From positions 3,348,001 to 3,412,000 of the forward strand of contig OZ251227.1 of the NCBI GenBank assembly GCA_965240325.2: a DNA stretch of 64,000 nucleotides. The letters run 5' to 3'. Source of the stretch: Rebecca billardiae RCC1528 (Eukaryota; Protista; Haptophyta). This document shows, piece by piece, positions 59,943 to 64,000 of the stretch. The translations under genes and the position numbers were made by a program. Within the stretch, counting starts at the first letter, position 1, and every line of letters begins with the position of its first letter. The notes under the pieces were generated by a model. That model ran no database searches and was not told the DNA's origin. It worked only from the letters and a program-made list of their open reading frames with translations.

Positions 59943-60778
59943 ACACATAGAATGCGTCCGCGCCTCGGCCGTCCAGGTCAGACAGTGCGCCACCCGCAGC
60001 CCTGCCCCCCTACGGCTACGGCCGTACGGGAGCCGGGGGCCGGCGGATGGAGCACCGCCTCGGCCTGGGGCACGCGGCGGCGAGGGCAGATGCCGCCGCG
60101 GCCGAGCGCCTTCCGGAGCACTTGCCCTTGGATGAGGGTGAGGTAGTAGTCGATGTCGCTGCCCGCCGACCTGGCTGGCGGCGAGTAGCTCCGGCAAGCG
60201 GCAGCCGCGGCTGTCGCCCCCGCGGTGCAGCGCCCGCGTGGGCGCCTGGATGAAGATGATGATGAGGTCGTAGTACGCGTCGCCGCGCGCCGGCCAAGCG
60301 GCGCGCAGCTGCAGAAGAGGGGCTTGGTATATGACGCTGCTGCTCGATCGTCAATCATATTATATTCATAATCGTCTGCTCGCGGATCGGGATCCGACGC
60401 AGTTGTCTGACGCACCGTGGCCGCCGAGCGTGCGATGACTCGGGACTCCGGGCTGACGGGTGCTGCCATCAGACGGCAGCGCCCAAGCGAACCGCCGGCG
60501 CCAGAGTGCCACGCTGCGGCCGCACGCGCAGCGGCAGCGCGGCGAGCTCACCTAGCGCGGGCCGGCACTTGGCCGGCGGCGCCTCGACTCTCCCAGCGCC
60601 GACTGGCGACGCCCACTGACCGACACCGGCAGTGCCCCTTGCACGAGCTGCGTGCACCGCGCAGAGCGCCGCTCGCCCGCTGCTTGGGCACGCCGCGGGC
60701 GCCAGCCGCTGGCCGCGGCCTCACCCATGCGCGCGCGACGCCGCCGGGCTGCCAGCCGCTGTCAGCGCGCTGTGCCGG

Positions 60779-61546
60779 TCAAGGCGCGTCGTACAGCGTG
60801 CGCTGCGCCATCGAGAGTGCCGGGCGCAGCTCGCGCCGGAAGTAGAGGAAGTCCTCGACGCGGCGCAGTTCCGCTTCCGCGTCGAGCACGCCGTCCGCCG
60901 CGAGCTCGGCCGCCTGCGGCTCGGATACCGGCACGCACAGCGTCGCCGTGTCCGCGATCGCGCGCGGCGCGAGCCGCAACACGTCCGGAAGCGGCTTGAA
61001 CGCCTTTGCGGTGACGACGCTCACGTCGAAGGCGCGCGCGCGCACGAGCTCGACGACGTTGGCGTTGACGACGTGCAGGTTCGTCAGCCCGAGCTCCGCC
61101 CCGACGGCCTCGAGGAAGCTCGCCTTCCGCCCCTTCGACTCGAGGGCAAAGACGCTCACGGCTGGCCCGAGGCTGAGCGCGAGCAGCACTGAAGGCAGGC
61201 CCGAGCCGGAGCCGAGGTCGAGCACGCCGCGCGTGCGCGCGTCGGGGGCGGCAGCGAGCTCGGACGCGACGAGCGAGGCGAGCGCGAGCGAGTCGTGCAC
61301 GTGGAACGGCAGCTTGGCGTACGCCGACTGCGAGTACACGTTGGTGTGCGCGTTGTAAGCCTCGAGAGCGCGCACGTACGCGCGCACGCCGTCGGCGGCG
61401 CGCGGGTGGGCGGCGCACACGGGCTCGAGCTGGGAGAAGTCGATCGCGGCCGAGGCCGAGGCGGCGAGCGCGCGCGGGCCGGGTGCACCCGCGTGCTGCG
61501 GCGCGGGGCGCGCGAGCAGCCACGCGGCGAGCTGGCCGGCGCGCAT
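60779..61546 (-). CDS. rsmG: 16S rRNA m7G527 methyltransferase (GidB/RsmG), organellar
   Basis: YNAHTNV, HVHDSL, VLDLGSGSGLP, LESKGRKASFL..LGLTN, VTAKAF. Confidence 0.88.
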   Translation of the reverse strand: MRAGQLAAWLLARPAPQHAGAPGPRALAASASAAIDFSQLEPVCAAHPRAADGVRAYVRALEAYNAHTNVYSQSAYAKLPFHVHDSLALASLVASELAAAPDARTRGVLDLGSGSGLPSVLLALSLGPAVSVFALESKGRKASFLEAVGAELGLTNLHVVNANVVELVRARAFDVSVVTAKAFKPLPDVLRLAPRAIADTATLCVPVSEPQAAELAADGVLDAEAELRRVEDFLYFRRELRPALSMAQRTLYDAP

Positions 61547-61793
61547 GCTGCTGCTCCCGCGGGCCACCGGTGTGCGGCCGGTCCGGCCAAAGCCCGGCCC
61601 CGGACATGTATGCATCCACGCACCCTCCGAACCGAGGCCGTCCGCCGCGGCTGTTCGATCTTTGGACTTTGGCGTTCGCTGCTGCGCCGACGGGGCTTTG
61701 GCTGCCAGCCAACCGACTTTCGACGACGCCTTGCCCCCAGCCAGATCTTGAGCGCGCGCGCGCACCGCGGAGGCGGGCGCGGTCGCAGGCGGC

Positions 61794-63455
61794 ATGTCGA
61801 GCTTCTGGTCGTCCGTCGAGGTGCCCCCGCCCGCCGAGGTGCAGCCCATCGTCGAGGGCTACGAGGCCGTCATCCGCGAGCACGCGGACGCGTCCGATGA
61901 TCCGTACGTGCGCGGCACGTTTGCGAACGGCGGCGGCGGCGGGACGCCCCCACGTGCGTCGGCGGCGAGCGCGGGCGAGCTCGAGGCCGACGCGGACGCG
62001 CGCGCGCTCTTCGTGCCCATCTCGCCCGACCTGAGGCGTCCGCGCGAGCCCGCCTCCGATCCGGGCCGCGCGGCGGCGGCGCACGGCGCGGACGGCGGCG
62101 AGGCGGGTCCGTTCAGCGACCCGCCGCGCCGCACGGCGGGCGAGGCGGCGGGCGCGGCCTTCTCGGCGGCGGCGGCGGCGCTCTCGGCGGCGGCCGAGCC
62201 GGTGACCAAGTCGATCCTCGGCGCGACGTTGGACGCGCCCGCGGCCGCGGAGGCCGAGGCGGCGGGCGAAGCGCGCAACGGCGGCGCGCGCGCGGCGCCG
62301 CCCGCCGCGGCCGCCGCGCCGCACGCGGACGAGGCGGCGCGCGGCGGCGCGGGGACGATGCAGCTCAGCAGCCGCAAGGGCGGGGCGATGTCGCGCCTCA
62401 CGCCCGCCGTGCGCTGCGCCGTGCTCGTCTTCGTCCTGCTCCTCGCCGTGGGCACGTGGGCGGTGTGCGCGCTCGCCGCGAGCCATGGGCGCGGCGACGC
62501 GGCCGGCGGCGGCGCGGCCGGCGGCGGCGACGTGGACGTGGGCGGGGCCGAGGGCGCCGACGGCGGCGCGCCGCCGCACGGCGCCGACTTCTTCGCCGGC
62601 GTGGACGCCGACGCCGCCGCCGCCGGCCGGCCGCACCGCCTGGGCGCGCGGCTCGGCAGCCACGGCGGCGGCGGCGGCGGCGGCGGTGCGGAGGCGCATC
62701 ACTACGCATACACGACGCTCGCGCGCTCTGGGGAGTCGCTGGGCCACTCGGACCTGATCGGCTGCCAGCCGCCGGCGCACGGCGACCTGCGGCTGACGAC
62801 GTACCCGGAGGGCCTGCTGCTCGTCTTCGAGAAGGCGTCCGAGCGCAAGAAGAGCGCTGCCGCGGCGCGGGGCGGCGGCAGGCGGCAGCCGGTGGCGACG
62901 TCGCTCGTGCCGTCCGGCATGCAGCCGGCGGCGGGCGGCGGCAACGGCACCTGGGGCACGGTGTGCGCGCACGGCTTCGTGAACAACGACCACGGCGCGC
63001 AGGTGGCGTGCAGGCAGCTCGGGTACGCCGACGGCGCGTACACCGTCGCCGACGGCGAGCGCGTCCGCCTCGCGCGCGACGGCGTCGTCGCCGGCCCGGC
63101 GCCGCTGCACGGCACCGGCCACGGCGCGCGATACGTGGCGCCCTACGTGCCGCACGCGACGCGCGCGGTGGCGGCGACGCTGCCCATCAACGCGCAGTGG
63201 CTGGCGTGCTCGGGGAAGGAGAGCAGGCTGGAGCAGTGCGCGGTGCGGCCGTACGCCACCAACTGGGTCGTGCCCGCCTGCGCGCACGGCGCGCACGACA
63301 TCGTGCTGCACTGCGCGGGCGAGCGAGACCCAGCCGCTGCGGCGCGCGAGGAGAGCCTCTGCCCCGTGGCACTGCCGGAGGACGCGGCCGTGCCGGCCGA
63401 CGCGGCGGGCGCGGTCGTGGTCGACGCGGACCTGTCCGGCGTGGGCGCGGCGTGA
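61794..63455 (+). CDS. Type II membrane protein with SRCR domain
   Basis: TM AVLVFVLLLAVGTWAVCAL; DLRL..EGLLLV, WGTVC..GF, AQVACRQLGY, LACSGKESRLEQC, C.H..DIVLHC. Confidence 0.85.
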   Translation: MSSFWSSVEVPPPAEVQPIVEGYEAVIREHADASDDPYVRGTFANGGGGGTPPRASAASAGELEADADARALFVPISPDLRRPREPASDPGRAAAAHGADGGEAGPFSDPPRRTAGEAAGAAFSAAAAALSAAAEPVTKSILGATLDAPAAAEAEAAGEARNGGARAAPPAAAAAPHADEAARGGAGTMQLSSRKGGAMSRLTPAVRCAVLVFVLLLAVGTWAVCALAASHGRGDAAGGGAAGGGDVDVGGAEGADGGAPPHGADFFAGVDADAAAAGRPHRLGARLGSHGGGGGGGGAEAHHYAYTTLARSGESLGHSDLIGCQPPAHGDLRLTTYPEGLLLVFEKASERKKSAAAARGGGRRQPVATSLVPSGMQPAAGGGNGTWGTVCAHGFVNNDHGAQVACRQLGYADGAYTVADGERVRLARDGVVAGPAPLHGTGHGARYVAPYVPHATRAVAATLPINAQWLACSGKESRLEQCAVRPYATNWVVPACAHGAHDIVLHCAGERDPAAAAREESLCPVALPEDAAVPADAAGAVVVDADLSGVGAA

Positions 63456-63712
63456 GCGCACGCGCGCGCCGGGGGGGGGGACGCCGCCGGCGAGCGCGCG
63501 ACGGGGCCGCCGCGGCGGTGTGGCGTGATTGATGACGGCTGGGCCGCCGCTGGGCGCGTGGCCGGAGTTGACTGATGAGAGAGAGTCCGCGCGGGGCCGC
63601 GCTGGCACCTGGCTGGCTGGCAGCGCCTCGCTCGGACACGGGCAGGAGTGTCGTCATTATGATCCGAATGTTCTGACGAAGCCTCGATCCGACGACGAAG
63701 CCGTCCGCGAGC

Positions 63713-63743
<31 letters not shown>

Positions 63744-63803
63744 ATAATCGCGATATATGCTGACGCTGATTAATTATCATACACATACACACACATATAT
63801 ATA

Positions 63804-63906
63804 TGACCGCGTTCCGCGGTCCTTTTCTGCATAGAATCAACGCAGTTGGGGGCCCGCGGTGGCCGTGCAATCGCGGCTCTCCGCCGTAGTGGCAGTTCGC
63901 CAGTTG
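63804..63906 (-). mobile_element. Family C element hairpin end (second copy, probably continuing beyond the window)
   Basis: TA|TGACCGCGTTCCGCGGTCCTTTTC identical to 25313 onward; GGCCCGCGGTGG conserved; follows TA/CA microsatellite. Confidence 0.75.
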
Positions 63907-64000
63907 AAGTCGGTTCTGAGATGACTGAAGCTATATTAGTCCGACCGTCGCCCTGCCTGCGCGACCGCGAGACTCATTCACACTTCACACAATCACAGCA

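Noticed and set aside
43068-61546. Functional cluster of rRNA methyltransferases rsmA and rsmG
   Set aside because: About 17 kb apart with unrelated genes between; chance co-location is sufficient.

Overview
Very GC-rich, gene-dense eukaryotic nuclear DNA with short GC-rich GT-AG introns, TTAGGG-type interstitial repeats and many signal-peptide-bearing proteins. The style suggests an alga with a secondary plastid, most like a haptophyte (inference, not proven). About 22 protein-coding genes are supported: LdpA-like Fe-S protein, amino-acid transporter, EHD/sarcalumenin-like NTPase, Xi-class GST, two sulfotransferase-like proteins, ADA2, a PHD-ZnF-PHD-SET-UBZ4 protein, GT77-, fucosyltransferase-, GT90- and GT8-type glycosyltransferases, an SGNH hydrolase, a single-domain MQW-type PRMT7, a 2OG-Fe(II) oxygenase, a HET-ankyrin protein, RsmA, RsmG, a hybrid histidine kinase, PS decarboxylase, a small HSP, an SRCR membrane protein and one uncharacterised membrane protein. 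Many genes form tight head-to-head pairs, while gene 3' flanks hold AT-rich 'stuttering' DNA, (TA)n arrays and transposons. The most striking observations are: (1) one transposon copy has doubled in length through many tiny tandem duplications, which appears to explain the stuttering 3'-flank DNA; (2) two unrelated element families share TG..CA ends, asymmetric inverted repeats, a terminal hairpin and A^T insertion (Helitron-like); (3) telomeric repeats in introns are orientation-polarised relative to splice sites, and one array is flanked by a 33-bp duplication. All calls come from manual reading; no database searches were run.
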